DNA from: the human T2T-CHM13v2.0 reference genome, Homo sapiens
DNA length: 64,000 nt
Assembly: GCF_009914755.1 (NCBI RefSeq)
Contig: NC_060942.1
Direction: 5' to 3' (one strand)
Shown: in pieces, positions 27,201-40,211 of the stretch
How the letters are laid out: every line of letters starts with the position of its first letter
Position numbering within the stretch: the stretch's first letter is position 1
Made by a program: the position numbers and the translations under genes
Notes under the pieces: generated by a model
Database searches by the model: none
Seen by the model: only the letters and a program-made list of their open reading frames with translations
What the model was told of the DNA's origin: nothing

Positions 27201-29361
27201 AGTTGAACATTCCCTATCATAGAGCAGGTTGGAATCACTCCTTTTGTAGTATCTGGAAGTGGACATTTGGAGCGCTTTCAGGCCTATGTTGAAAAAGGAA
27301 ATATCTTCCCATAACAACTAGACACAAGCATTCTCAGAAACTTGTTTGTGATGTGTGCCCTCTACTGACAGAGTTGAACCTTTCTTTTCATAGAGCAGTT
27401 TTGAAACACTCTTTTTGTAGAATCTGCAAGAGGATATTTGCATAGCTTTGAGGTATTCGTGGGAAACGGGATTGTCTTCAGGTAAAATCTAGACAGAAGC
27501 ATTCTCAGAAACTTCTTTGGGATGTTTGCATTCAAGTCACAGAGTAGAACATTCCCTTTGGTAGAGCAGGTTTGAAACACTCTTTTTGTAGTATCTGGAA
27601 GTGGACATTTGGAGCGCTTTCAGGCCTATGTTGGAAAGGGAAATATCTTCCCGTAACAACTAGGCAGAAGCATTCTCAGAAACTTATTTGAGATGTGTGT
27701 ACTCAACTAAGAGAATTGAATCACCGTTTTGAAGGAGCAGTTTTGAAACACTCTTTTTCTGGAATCTGCAAGAGGATATTTGCCTAGCCTTGAGGATTTC
27801 GTTGGAAACGGGATTGTCTTCAGATCAAATCTAGACAGAAGCATTTTCAGAAACTTCTTTGGGATGTTTGCATTCAAGTCACGGAGTAGAACATTCCCTT
27901 TGGTAGAGCAGGTTTGAAACACTCTTTTTTTAGTATATGGAAGTGGACATTTGGAGCGCTTTCAGGCCTACGTTGGAAAAGGAAATATCTTCCCATAACA
28001 ACTAGACAGAAGCATTCTCAGAAACTAGTTTCTGATGTGTGTCCTCAACTAACACAGTTGAACATTTCTTTAGACAGAACAGTTTTGAAACACTCTTTTT
28101 GTGGAATCTGCAAGTGGCTATTTGGCTAGATTTGAGGATTTCGTTGGAAACGGGATTACATATAAAAAGCAGACAGCAGCATTCTCAGAAAGTTCTTTGT
28201 GATGATTGCATTCAAGTCACAGAATTGAACATTCCCTTTCACAGAGCAGGTTTGAAACACTCTTTTTATAGTGTGTGTAAGTGGACATTTGGAGCACTTT
28301 CCGGCCTAAGGTGAAAAAGGAAATATCTTCCCATAAAAACTAGACAGAAGCATTCTCAGAAACTTACTCGTGATGTGTGTCCTCAACTAAAGGATTAGAA
28401 CCTTTCTTTTCATAGAGAAGTTTTGAAACGCTCTTTTTGTGGAATCTGCAAGTGGATATTTGGCTAGTTTGGAGGATTTCGTTGGAAGCGGGAATTCATA
28501 CAAATTGCAGACTGCAGCGTTCTGAGAAACATCTTTGTGATGTTTGTATTCAGGACACAGAGTTGAACATTCCCTATCATAGAGCAGGTTTGAATCACTC
28601 CTTTTGTAGTATCTGGAAGTGGACATTTGGAGCGCTTTCAGGCCTATGTTGGAAAAGGAAATATCTTCTCATAACAACTAGACAGAAGCATTCTCAGAAA
28701 CTTATTTGAGATGTGTGTACTCAACTAAGAGAATTGAACCACCGTTTTGAAGGAGCAGTTTTGAAACACTCTTTTTCTGGAATCTGCAAGTGGATATTTG
28801 GCTAGCTTTGGGGATTTCGCTGGAGGCCGGAATACATATAAAAAGCACACAGCAGCGTTCTGAGAAACTGCTTTCTGATGTTTGCATTCAAGTCAAAAGT
28901 TGAACACTCCCTTTCATAGAGCAGTCCTGAAACACTCCTTTTGTAGTATCTGGAACTGGACTTTTGGAGCGCTTTCAGGGCTAAGGTGAAAAAGGAAATA
29001 TCTTCCCATAAAAACTGGACAGAAGCATTCTCAGAAACTTGTTTATGCTGTATCTACTCAACTAACAAAGTTGAACCTTTCTTTTGATAGAGCAGTTTTG
29101 AAATGCTCTTTTTGTGGAATCTGCAAGTGGATATTTGGCTAGTTTTGAGGATTTCGTTGGAAGCTGGAATTCATACAAATTGCAGACTGCAGCGTTCTGA
29201 GAAACATCTTTGTGATGTTTGTATTCAGGACAGAGTTGAACATTCCCTATCATAGAGCAGGTTGGAATCACTCCTTTTGTAGTATCTGGAAGTGGACATT
29301 TGGAGCGCTTTCAGGCCTATGTTGAAAAAGGAAATATCTTCCCATAACAACTAGACACAAG
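21224..29361 (+). repeat. Four canonical 12-mer units, relatively SNV-rich
   Basis: Spacing is 2035 three times, then 2033 (2-bp deletion near 29232). Confidence 0.88.
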
Positions 29362-30716
29362 CATTCTCAGAAACTTGTTTGTGATGTGTGCCCTCTACTG
29401 ACAGATTTGAACCTTTCTTTTCATAGAGCAGTTTTGAAACACTCTTTTTGTAGAATCTGCAAGAGGATATTTGCATAGCTTTGAGGATTTCGTGGGAAAC
29501 GGGATTGTCTTCAGGTTAAATCTAGACAGAAGCATTCTCAGAAACTTCTTTGGGATGTTTGCATTCAAGTCACAGAGTAGAACATTCCCTTTGGTAGAGC
29601 AGGTTTGAAACACTCTTTTTGTAGTATCTGGAAGTGGACATTTGGAGCGCTTTCAGGCCTATGTTGGAAAGGGAAATATCTTCCCGTAACAACTAGGCAG
29701 AAGCATTCTCAGAAACTTATTTGAGATGTGTGTACTCAACTAAGAGAATTGAACCACCGTTTTGAAGGAGCAGTTTTGAAACACTCTTTTTCTGGAATCT
29801 GCAAGAGGATATTTGCCTAGCCTTGAGGATTTCGTTGGAAACGGGATTTTCTTCAGATCAAATCTAGACAGAAGCATTCTCAGAAACTTCTTTGGGATGT
29901 TTGCATTCAAGTCACAGAGTAGAACATTCCCTTTGGTAGAGCAGGTTTGAAACACTCTTTTTTTAGTATATGAAAGTGGACATTTGGAGCGCTTTCAGGC
30001 CTACGTTGGAAAAGGAAATATCTTCCCATAACAACTAGACAGAAGCATTCTCAGAAACTAGTTCCTGATGTGTGTCCTCAACTAACACAGTTGAACATTT
30101 CTTTAGACAGAAGAGTTTTGAAACACTCTTTTTGTGGAATCTGCAAGTGGCTATTTGGCTAGATTTGAGGATTTCGTTGGAAACGGGATTACATATAAAA
30201 AGCAGACAGCAGCATTCTCAGAAAGTTCTTTGTGATGATTGCATTCAAATCACAGAATTGAACATTCCCTTTCACAGAGGAGGTTTGAAACACTCTTTTT
30301 GTAGTGTGTGTAAGTGGACATTTGGAGCGCTTTCCGGCCTAAGGTGAAAAAGGAAATATCTTCCCATAAAAACTAGACAGAAGCATTCTCAGAAACTTAC
30401 TCGTGATGTGTGTCCTCAACTAAAGGAGTAGAACCTTTCTATTCATAGAGAAGTTTTGAAACGCTCTTTTTGTGGAATCTCCAAGTGGATATTTGGCTAG
30501 TTTTGAGGATTTCGTTGGAAGCGGGAATTCATACAAATTGCAGACTGCAGCGTTCTAAAAAACATCTTTGTGATGTTTGTATTCAGGACACAGAGATGAA
30601 CATTCCCTATCATAGAGCAGGTTGGAATCACTCCTTTTGTAGTATCTGGGACATTTGGAGCGCTTTCAGGCCTATGTTGAAAAAGGAAATATCTTCCCAT
30701 AACAACTAGACACAAG
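29362..30716 (+). repeat. 8-mer HOR variant (1355 bp)
   Basis: Dimer-A ORFs at 29395 and 30750; same 5-bp deletion at about 30648. Confidence 0.9.
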
Positions 30717-32751
30717 CATTCTCAGAAACTTGTTTGTGATGTGTGCCCTCTACTGACAGAGTTGAACCTTTCTTTTCATAGAGCAGTTTTGAAACACTCT
30801 TTTTGTAGAATCTGCAAGAGGATATTTGCATAGCTTTGAGGATTTCGTGGGAAACGGGATTGTCTTCAGGTAAAATCTAGACAGAAGCATTCTCAGAAAC
30901 TTCTTTGGGATGTTTGCATTCAAGTCACAGAGTAGAACATTCCCTTTGGTAGAGCAGGTTTGAAACACTCTTTTTGTAGTATCTGGAAGTGGACATTTGG
31001 AGCGCTTTCAGGCCTATGTTGGAAAGGGAAATATCTTCCCGTAACAACTAGGCAGAAGCATTCTCAGAAACTTATTTGAGATGTGTGTACTCAACTAAGA
31101 GAATTGAACCACCGTTTTGAAGGAGCAGTTTTGAAACACTCTTTTTCTGGAATCTGCAAGAGGATATTTGCCTAGCCTTGAGGATTTCGTTGGAAACGGG
31201 ATTGTCTTCAGATCAAATCTAGACAGAAGCATTCTCAGAAACTTCTTTGGGATGTTTGCATTCAAGTCACAGAGTAGAACATTCCCTTTGGTAGAGCAGG
31301 TTTGAAACACTCTTTTTTTAGTATATGGAAGTGGACATTTGGAGCGCTTTCAGGCCTACGTTGGAAAAGGAAATATCTTCCCATAACAACTAGACAGAAG
31401 CATTCTCAGAAACTAGTTTCTGATGTGTGTCCTCAACTAACACAGTTGAACATTTCTTTAGACAGAACAGTTTTGAAACACTCTTTTTGTGGAATCTGCA
31501 AGTGGCTATTTGGCTAGATTTGAGGATTTCGTTGGAAACGGGATTACATATAAAAAGCAGACAGCAGCATTCTCAGAAAGTTCTTTGTGATGATTGCATT
31601 CAAGTCACAGAATTGAACATTCCCTTTCACAGAGCAGGTTTGAAACACTCTTTTTGTAGTGTGTGTAAGTGGACATTTGGAGCACTTTCCGGCCTAAGGT
31701 GAAAAAGGAAATATCTTCCCATAAAAACTAGACAGAAGCATTCTCAGAAACTTACTCGTGATGTGTGTCCTCAACTAAAGGAGTAGAACCTTTCTTTTCA
31801 TAGAGAAGTTTTGAAACGCTCTTTTTGTGGAATCTGCAAGTGGATATTTGGCTAGTTTGGAGGATTTCGTTGGAAGCGGGAATTCATACAAATTGCTGAC
31901 TGCAGCGTTCTGAGAAACATCTTTGTGATGTTTGTATTCAGGACACAGAGTTGAACATTCCCTATCATAGAGCAGGTTTGAATCACTCCTTTTGTAGTAT
32001 CTGGAAGTGGACATTTGGAGCGCTTTCAGGCATATGTTGGAAAAGGAAATATCTTCCCATAACAACTAGACAGAAGCATTCTCAGAAACTTATTTGAGAT
32101 GTGTGTACTCAACTAAGAGAATTGAACCACCGTTTTGAAGGAGCAGTTTTGAAACACTCTTTTTCTGGAATCTGCAAGTGGATATTTGGCTAGCTTTGGG
32201 GATTTCGCTGGAAGCGGGAATACATATAAAAAGCACACAGCAGCGTTCTGAGAAACTGCTTTCTGATGTTTGCATTCAAGTCAAAAGTTGAACACTCCCT
32301 TTCATAGAGCAGTCCTGAAACACTCCTTTTGTAGTATCTGGAACTGGACATTTGGAGCGCTTTCAGGGCTAAGGTGAAAAAGGAAATATCTTCCCATAAA
32401 AACTGGACAGAAGCATTCTCAGAAACTTGTTTATGCTGTATCTACTCAACTAACAAAGTTGAACCTTTCTTTTGATAGAGCAGTTTTGAAATGCTCTTTT
32501 TGTGGAATCTGCAAGTGGATATTTGGCTAGTTTTGAGGATTTCGTTGGAAGCGGGAATTCATACAAATTGCAGACTGCAGCGTTCTGAGAAACATCTTTG
32601 TGATGTTTGTATTCAGGACAGAGAGTTGAACATTCCCTATCATAGAGCAGGTTGGAATCACTCCTTTTGTAGTATCTGGAAGTGGACATTTGGAGCGCTT
32701 TCAGGCCTATGTTGGAAAGGGAAATATCTTCCCGTAACAACTAGGCAGAAG
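30717..32751 (+). repeat. 12-mer unit ending in an F/A hybrid monomer
   Basis: F ends with the A-type sequence ggaaagggaaatatcttcccgtaacaactaggcag and is followed directly by B. Confidence 0.85.
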
Positions 32752-34444
32752 CATTCTCAGAAACTTATTTGAGATGTGTGTACTCAACTAAGAGAATTGA
32801 ACCACCGTTTTGAAGGAGCAGTTTTGAAACACTCTTTTTCTGTATTCTGCAAGTATATATTTGCCTAGCCTTGAGGATTTCGTTGGATACGGGATTGTCT
32901 TCAGATAAATTCTAGACAGAAGCATTCTCAGAAACTTCTTTGGGATGTTTCTATTCAAGTCACAGAGTAGAACATTCTCTTTGGAAGAGCAGGTTTGAAA
33001 CACTCTTTTTTTAGTATATGGAAGTGGACATTTGGAGCGCTTTCAGGCCTATGTTGGAAAAGGAAATATCTTCCCATAACAACTAGACAGAAGCATTCTC
33101 AGAAACTAGTTTCTGATGTGTGTCCTCAACTAACACAGTTGAACATTTCTTTAGACAGAACAGCTTTGAAACACTCTTTTTGTGGAATCTGCAAGTGGCT
33201 ATTTGGCTAGATTTAAGGATTTCGTTGGAAACGGGATTACATATAAAAAGCACTCAGCAGCATTCTCAGAAAGTTCTTTGTGATGATTGCATTCAAGTCA
33301 CAGAATTGAACATTCCCTTTCACAGAGCAGGTTTGAAACACTCTTTTTGTAGTGTGTGTAAGTGGACATTTGGAGCACTTACCGGCCTAAGGTGAAAAAG
33401 GAAGTATCTTCCCATAAAAACTAGACAGAAGCATTCTCAGAAACTTACTCGTGATGTGTGTCCTCAACTAAAGGAGTAGAACCTTTCTTTTCATAGAGAA
33501 GTTTTGAAACGCTCTTTTTGTGGAATCTGCAAGTGGATATTTGGCTAGTTTTGAGGATTTCGTTGGAAGCGGGAATTCATACAAATTGCAGACTGCAGCG
33601 TTCTGAGAAACATCTTTGTGATGTTTGTATTCAGGACACAGAGTTGAACATTCCCTATCATAGAGCAGGTTTGAATCACTCCTTTTGTAGTATCTGGAAG
33701 TGGACATTTGGAGCGCTTTCAGGCCTATGTTGGAAAAGGAAATATCTTCCCATAACAACTAGACAGAAGCATTCTCAGAAACTTATTTGAGATGTGTGTA
33801 CTCAACTAAGAGAATTGAACCACCGTTTTGAAGGAGCAGTTTTGAAACACTCTTTTTCTGGAATCTGCAAGTGGATATTTGGCTAGCTTTGGGGATTTCG
33901 CTGGAAGCGGGAATACATATAAAAAGCACACAGCAGCGTTCTGAGAAACTGCTTTCTGATGTTTGCATTCAAGTCAAAAGTTGAACACTCCCTTTCATAG
34001 AGCAGTCCTGAAACACTCCTTTTGTAGTATCTGGAACTGGACTTTTGGAGCGCTTTCAGGGCTAAGGTGAAAAAGGAAATATCTTCCCATAAAAACTGGA
34101 CAGAAGCATTCTCAGAAACTTGTTTATGCTGTATCTACTCTACTAACAAAGTTGAACCTTTCTTTTGATAGAGCAGTTTTGAAATGCTCTTTTTGTGGAA
34201 TCTGCAAGTGGATATTTGGCTAGATTTGAGGATTTCGTTGGAACCTGGAATTCATACAAATTGCAGACTGCAGCGTTCTGAGAAACATCTTTGTGATGTT
34301 TGTATTCAGGACAGAGAGTTGAACATTCCCTATCATAGAGCAGGTTGGAATCACTCCTTTTGTAGTATCTGGAAGTGGACATTTGGAGCGCTTTCAGGCC
34401 CATGTTGAAAAAGGAAATATCTTCCCATAACAACTAGACACAAG
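32752..34444 (+). repeat. 10-mer HOR variant BCDEF (1693 bp, dimer A missing)
   Basis: No dimer A lies between 30717 and 34445; 3728 = 2035 + 1693. Confidence 0.88.
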
Positions 34445-35799
34445 CATTCTCAGAAACTTGTTTGTGATGTGTGCCCTCTACTGACAGATTTGAACCTTTC
34501 TTTTCATAGAGCAGTTTTGAAACACTCTTTTTGTAGAATCTGCAAGAGGATATTTGCATAGCTTTGAGGATTTCGTGGGAAACGGGATGGTCTTCAGGTA
34601 AAATCTGGACAGAAGCATTCTCAGAAACTTCTTTGGGATGTTTGCATTCAAGTCACAGAGTAGAACATTCCCTTTGGTAGAGCAGGTTTGAAACACTCTT
34701 TTTGTAGTATCTGGAAGTGGACATTTGGAGCGCTTTCAGGCCTATGTTGGAAAGGGAAATATCTTCCCGTAACAACTAGGCAGAAGCATTCTCAGAAACT
34801 TATTTGAGATGTGTGTACTCAACTAAGAGAATTGAACCACCGTTTTGAAGGAGCAGTTTTGAAACACTCTTTTTCTGGAATCTGCAAGAGGATATTTGCC
34901 TAGCCTTGAGGATTTCGTTGGAAACGGGATTGTCTTCAGATCAAATCTAGACAGAAGCATTCTCAGAAACTTCTTTGGGATGTTTGCATTCAAGTCACAG
35001 AGTAGAACATTCCCTTTGGTAGAGCAGGTTTGAAACACTCTTTTTTTAGTATATGGAAGTGGACATTTGGAGCGCTTTCAGGCCTACGTTGGAAAAGGAA
35101 ATATCTTCCCATAACAACTAGACAGAAGCATTCTCAGAAACTAGTTCCTGATGTGTGTCCTCAACTAACACAGTTGAACATTTCTTTAGACAGAAGAGTT
35201 TTGAAACACTCTTTTTGTGGAATCTACAAGTGGATATTTGGCTAGATTTGAGGATTTCGTTGGAAACGGGATTACATATAAAAAGCAGACAGCAGCATTC
35301 TCAGAAAGTTCTTTGTGATGATTGCATTCAAATCACAGAATTGAACATTCCCTTTCACAGAGGAGGTTTGAAACACTCTTTTTGTAGTGTGTGTAAGTGG
35401 ACATTTGGAGCGCTTTCCGGCCTAAGGTGAAAAAGGAAATATCTTCCCATAAAAACTAGACAGAAGCATTCTCAGAAACTTACTCGTGATGTGTGTCCTC
35501 AACTAAAGGAGTAGAACCTTTCTATTCATAGAGAAGTTTTGAAACTCTCTTTTTGTTTAATCTCCAAGTGGATATTTGGCTAGTTTTGAGGATTTCGTTG
35601 GAAGCGGGAATTCATACAAATTGCAGACTGCAGCGTTCTGAGAAACATCTTTGTGATGTTTGTATTCAGGACACAGAGATGAACATTCCCTATCATAGAG
35701 CAGGTTGGAATCACTCCTTTTGTAGTATCTGGGACATTTGGAGCGCTTTCAGGCCTATGTTGAAAAAGGAAATATCTTCCCATAACAACTAGACACAAG
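34445..35799 (+). repeat. 8-mer HOR variant (1355 bp)
   Basis: Dimer-A ORFs at 34478 and 35833; same 5-bp deletion at about 35731. Confidence 0.9.
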
Positions 35800-37834
35800 C
35801 ATTCTCAGAAACTTGTTTGTGATGTGTGCCCTCTACTGACAGAGTTGAACCTTTCTTTTCATAGAGCAGTTTTGAAACACTCTTTTTGTAGAATCTGCAA
35901 GAGGATATTTGCATAGCTTTGAGGATTTCGTGGGAAACGGGATTGTCTTCAGGTAAAATCTAGACAGAAGCATTCTCAGAAACTTCTTTGGGATGTTTGC
36001 ATTCAAGTCACAGAGTAGAACATTCCCTTTGGTAGAGCAGGTTTGAAACACTCTTTTTGTAGTATCTGGAAGTGGACATTTGGAGCGCTTTCAGGCCTAT
36101 GTTGGAAAGGGAAATATCTTCCCGTAACAACTAGGCAGAAGCATTCTCAGAAACTTATTTGAGATGTGTGTACTCAACTAAGAGAATTGAACCACCGTTT
36201 TGAAGGAGGAGTTTTGAAACACTCTTTTTCTGGAATCTGCAAGAGGATATTTGCCTAGCCTTGAGGATTTCGTTGGAAACGGGATTGTCTTCAGATCAAA
36301 TCTAGACAGAAGCATTCTCAGAAACTTCTTTGGGATGTTTGCATTCAAGTCACAGAGTAGAACATTCCCTTTGGTAGAGCAGGTTTGAAACACTCTTTTT
36401 TTAGTATATGGAAGTGGACATTTGGAGCGCTTTCAGGCCTACGTTGGAAAAGGAAATATCTTCCCATAACAACTAGACAGAAGCATTCTCAGAAACTAGT
36501 TTCTGATGTGTGTCCTCAACTAACACAGTTGAACATTTCTTTAGACAGAACAGTTTTGAAACACTCTTTTTGTGGAATCTGCAAGTGGCTATTTGGCTAG
36601 ATTTGAGGATTTCGTTGGAAACGGGATTACATATAAAAAGCAGACAGCAGCATTCTCAGAAAGTTCTTTGTGATGATTGCATTCAAGTCACAGAATTGAA
36701 CATTCCCTTTCACAGAGCAGGTTTGAAACACTCTTTTTGTAGTGTGTGTAAGTGGACATTTGGAGCACTTTCCGGCCTAAGGTGAAAAAGGAAATATCTT
36801 CCCATAAAAACTAGACAGAAGCATTCTCAGAAACTTACTCGTGATGTGTGTCCTCAGCTAAAGGAGTAGAACCTTTCTTTTCATAGAGAAGTTTTGAAAC
36901 GCTCTTTTTGTGGAATCTGCAAGTGGATATTTGGCTAGTTTTGAGGATTTCGTTGGAAGCGGGAATTCATACAAATTGCAGACTGCAGCGTTCTGAGAAA
37001 CATCTTTGTGATGTTTGTATTCAGGACACAGAGTTGAACATTCCCTATCATAGAGCAGGTTGGAATCACTCCTTTTGTAGTATCTGGAAGTGGACATTTG
37101 GAGCGCTTTCAGGCCTATGTTGGAAAAGGAAATATCTTCCCATAACAACTAGACAGAAGCATTCTCAGAAACTTATTTGAGATGTGTGTACTCAACTAAG
37201 AGAATTGAACCACCGTTTTGAAGGAGCAGTTTTGAAACACTCTTTTTCTGGAATCTGCAAGTGGATATTTGGCTAGCTTTGGGGATTTCGCTGGAAGCGG
37301 GAATACATATAAAAAGCACACAGCAGCGTTCTGAGAAACTGCTTTCTGATGTTTGCATTCAAGTCAAAAGTTGAACACTCCCTTTCATAGAGCAGTCCTG
37401 AAACACTCCTTTTGTAGTATCTGGAACTGGACTTTTGGAGCGCTTTCAGGGCTAAGGTGAAAAAGGAAATATCTTCCCATAAAAACTGGACAGAAGCATT
37501 CTCAGAAACTTGTTTATGCTGTATCTACTCAACTAACAAAGTTGAACCTTTCTTTTGATAGAGCAGTTTTGAAATGCTCTTTTTGTGGAATCTGCAAGTG
37601 GATATTTGGCTAGTTTTGAGGATTTCGCTGGAAGCGGGAATTCATACAAATTGCAGACTGCAGCGTTCTGAGAAACATCTTTGTGATGTTTGTATTCAGG
37701 ACAGAGAGTTGAACATTCCCTATCATAGAGCAGGTTGGAATCACTCCTTTTGTAGTATCTGGAAGTGGACATTTGGAGCGCTTTCAGGCCTATGTTGAAA
37801 AAGGAAATATCTTCCCATAACAACTAGACACAAG
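35800..37834 (+). repeat. Canonical 12-mer unit
   Basis: Dimer-A ORFs at 35833 and 37868 (2035 bp). Confidence 0.9.
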
Positions 37835-40211
37835 CATTCTCAGAAACTTGTTTGTGATGTGTGCCCTCTACTGACAGAGTTGAACCTTTCTTTTCATAGA
37901 GCAGTTTTGAAACACTCTTTTTGTAGAATCTGCAAGAGGATATTTGCATAGCTTTGAGGATTTCGTGGGAAACGGGATTGTCTTCAGGTAAAATCTAGAC
38001 AGAAGCATTCTCAGAAACTTCTTTGGGATGTTTGCATTCAAGTCACAGAGTAGAACATTCCCTTTGGTAGAGCAGGTTTGAAACACTCTTTTTGTAGTAT
38101 CTGGAAGTGGACATTTGGAGCGCTTTCAGGCCTATGTTGGAAAGGGAAATATCTTCCCGTAACAACTAGGCAGAAGCATTCTCAGAAACTTATTTGAGAT
38201 GTGTGTACTCAACTAAGAGAATTGAACCACCGTTTTGAAGGAGCAGTTTTGAAACACTCTTTTTCTGGAATCTGCAAGAGGATATTTGCCTAGCCTTGAG
38301 GATTTCGTTGGAAACGGGATTGTCTTCAGATCAAATCTAGACAGAAGCATTCTCAGAAACTTCTTTGGGAGATTTGCATTCAAGTCACAGAGTAGAACAT
38401 TCCCTTTGGTAGAGCAGGTTTGAAACACTCTTTTTTTAGTATATGGAAGTGGACATTTGGAGCGCTTTCAGGCCTATGTTGGAAAGGGAAATATCTTCCC
38501 GTAACAACTAGGCAGAAGCATTCTCAGAAACTTATTTGAGATGTGTGTACTCAACTAAGAGAATTGAACCACCGTTTTGAAGGAGCAGTTTTGAAACACT
38601 CCTTTTCTGGAATCTGCAAGAGGATATTTGCCTAGCCTTGAGGATTTCGTTGGAAACGGGATTGTCTTCAGATCAAATCTAGACAGAAGCATTCTCAGAA
38701 ACTTCTTTGGGATGTTTGCATTCAAGTCACAGAGTAGAACATTCCCTTTGGTAGAGCAGGTTTGAAACACTCTTTTTTTAGTATATGGAAGTGGACATTT
38801 GGAGCGCTTTCAGGCCTACGTTGGAAAAGGAAATATCTTCCCATAACAACTAGACAGAAGCATTCTCAGAAACTAGTTTCTGATGTGTGTCCTCAACTAA
38901 CACAGTTGAACATTTCTTTAGACAGAACAGTTTTGAAACACTCTTTTTGTGGAATCTGCAAGTGGCTATTTGGCTAGATTTGAGGATTTCGTTGGAAACG
39001 GGATTACATATAAAAAGCAGACAGCAGCATTCTCAGAAAGTTCTTTGTGATGATTGCATTCAAGTCACAGAATTGAACATTCCCTTTCACAGAGCAGGTT
39101 TGAAACACTCTTTTTGTAGTGTGTGTAAGTGGACATTTGGAGCACTTTCCGGCCTAAGGTGAAAAAGGAAATATCTTCCCATAAAAACTAGACAGAAGCA
39201 CTCTCAGAAACTTACTCGTGATGTGTGTCCTCAACTAAAGGAGTAGAACCTTTCTTTTCATAGAGAAGTTTTGAAACGCTCTTTTTGTGGAATCTGCAAG
39301 TGGATATTTGGCTAGTTTGGAGGATTTCGTTGGAAGCGGGAATTCATACAAATTGCAGACTGCAGCGTTCTGAGAAACATCTTTGTGATGTTTGTATTCA
39401 GGACACAGAGTTGAACATTCCCTATCATAGAGCAGGTTGGAATCACTCCTTTTGTAGTATCTGGAAGTGGACATTTGGAGCGCTTTCAGGCCTATGTTGG
39501 AAAAGGAAATATCTTCCCATAACAACTAGACAGAAGCATTCTCAGAAACTTATTTGAGATGTGTGTACTCAACTAAGAGAATTGAACCACCGTTTTGAAG
39601 GAGCAGTTTTGAAACACTCTTTTTCTGGAATCTGCAAGTGGATATTTGGCTAGCTTTGGGGATTTCGCTGGAAGCGGGAATACATATAAAAAGCACACAG
39701 CAGCGTTCTGAGAAACTGCTTTCTGATGTTTGCATTCAAGTCAAAAGTTGAACACTCCCTTTCATAGAGCAGTCCTGAAACACTCCTTTTGTAGTATCTG
39801 GAACTGGACTTTTGGAGCGCTTTCAGGGCTAAGGTGAAAAAGGAAATATCTTCCCATAAAAACTGGACAGAAGCATTCTCAGAAACTTGTTTATGCTGTA
39901 TCTACTCAACTAACAAAGTTGAACCTTTCTTTTGATAGAGCAGTTTTGAAATGCTCTTTTTGTGGAATCTGCAAGTGGATATTTGGCTAGTTGCGAGGAT
40001 TTCGTTGGAAGCTGGAATTCATACAAATTGCAGACTGCAGCGTTCTGAGAAACATCTTTGTGATGTTTGTATTCAGGACAGAGAGTTGAACATTCCCTAT
40101 CATAGAGCAGGTTGGAATCACTCCTTTTGTAGTATCTGGAAGTGGACATTTGGAGCGCTTTCAGGCCTATGTTGAAAAAGGAAATATCTTCCCATAACAA
40201 CTAGACACAAG
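37835..40211 (+). repeat. 14-mer HOR variant AB'BCDEF (2377 bp)
   Basis: B ORFs at 38213 and 38555 (+342 bp). Confidence 0.9.

Noticed and set aside
32878-32894. Variant CENP-B boxes (ggatacggg here; cgtggg and cgctgg types elsewhere) as non-functional
   Set aside because: The changes fall at non-essential positions and the NTTCGNNNNANNCGGGN core is retained.
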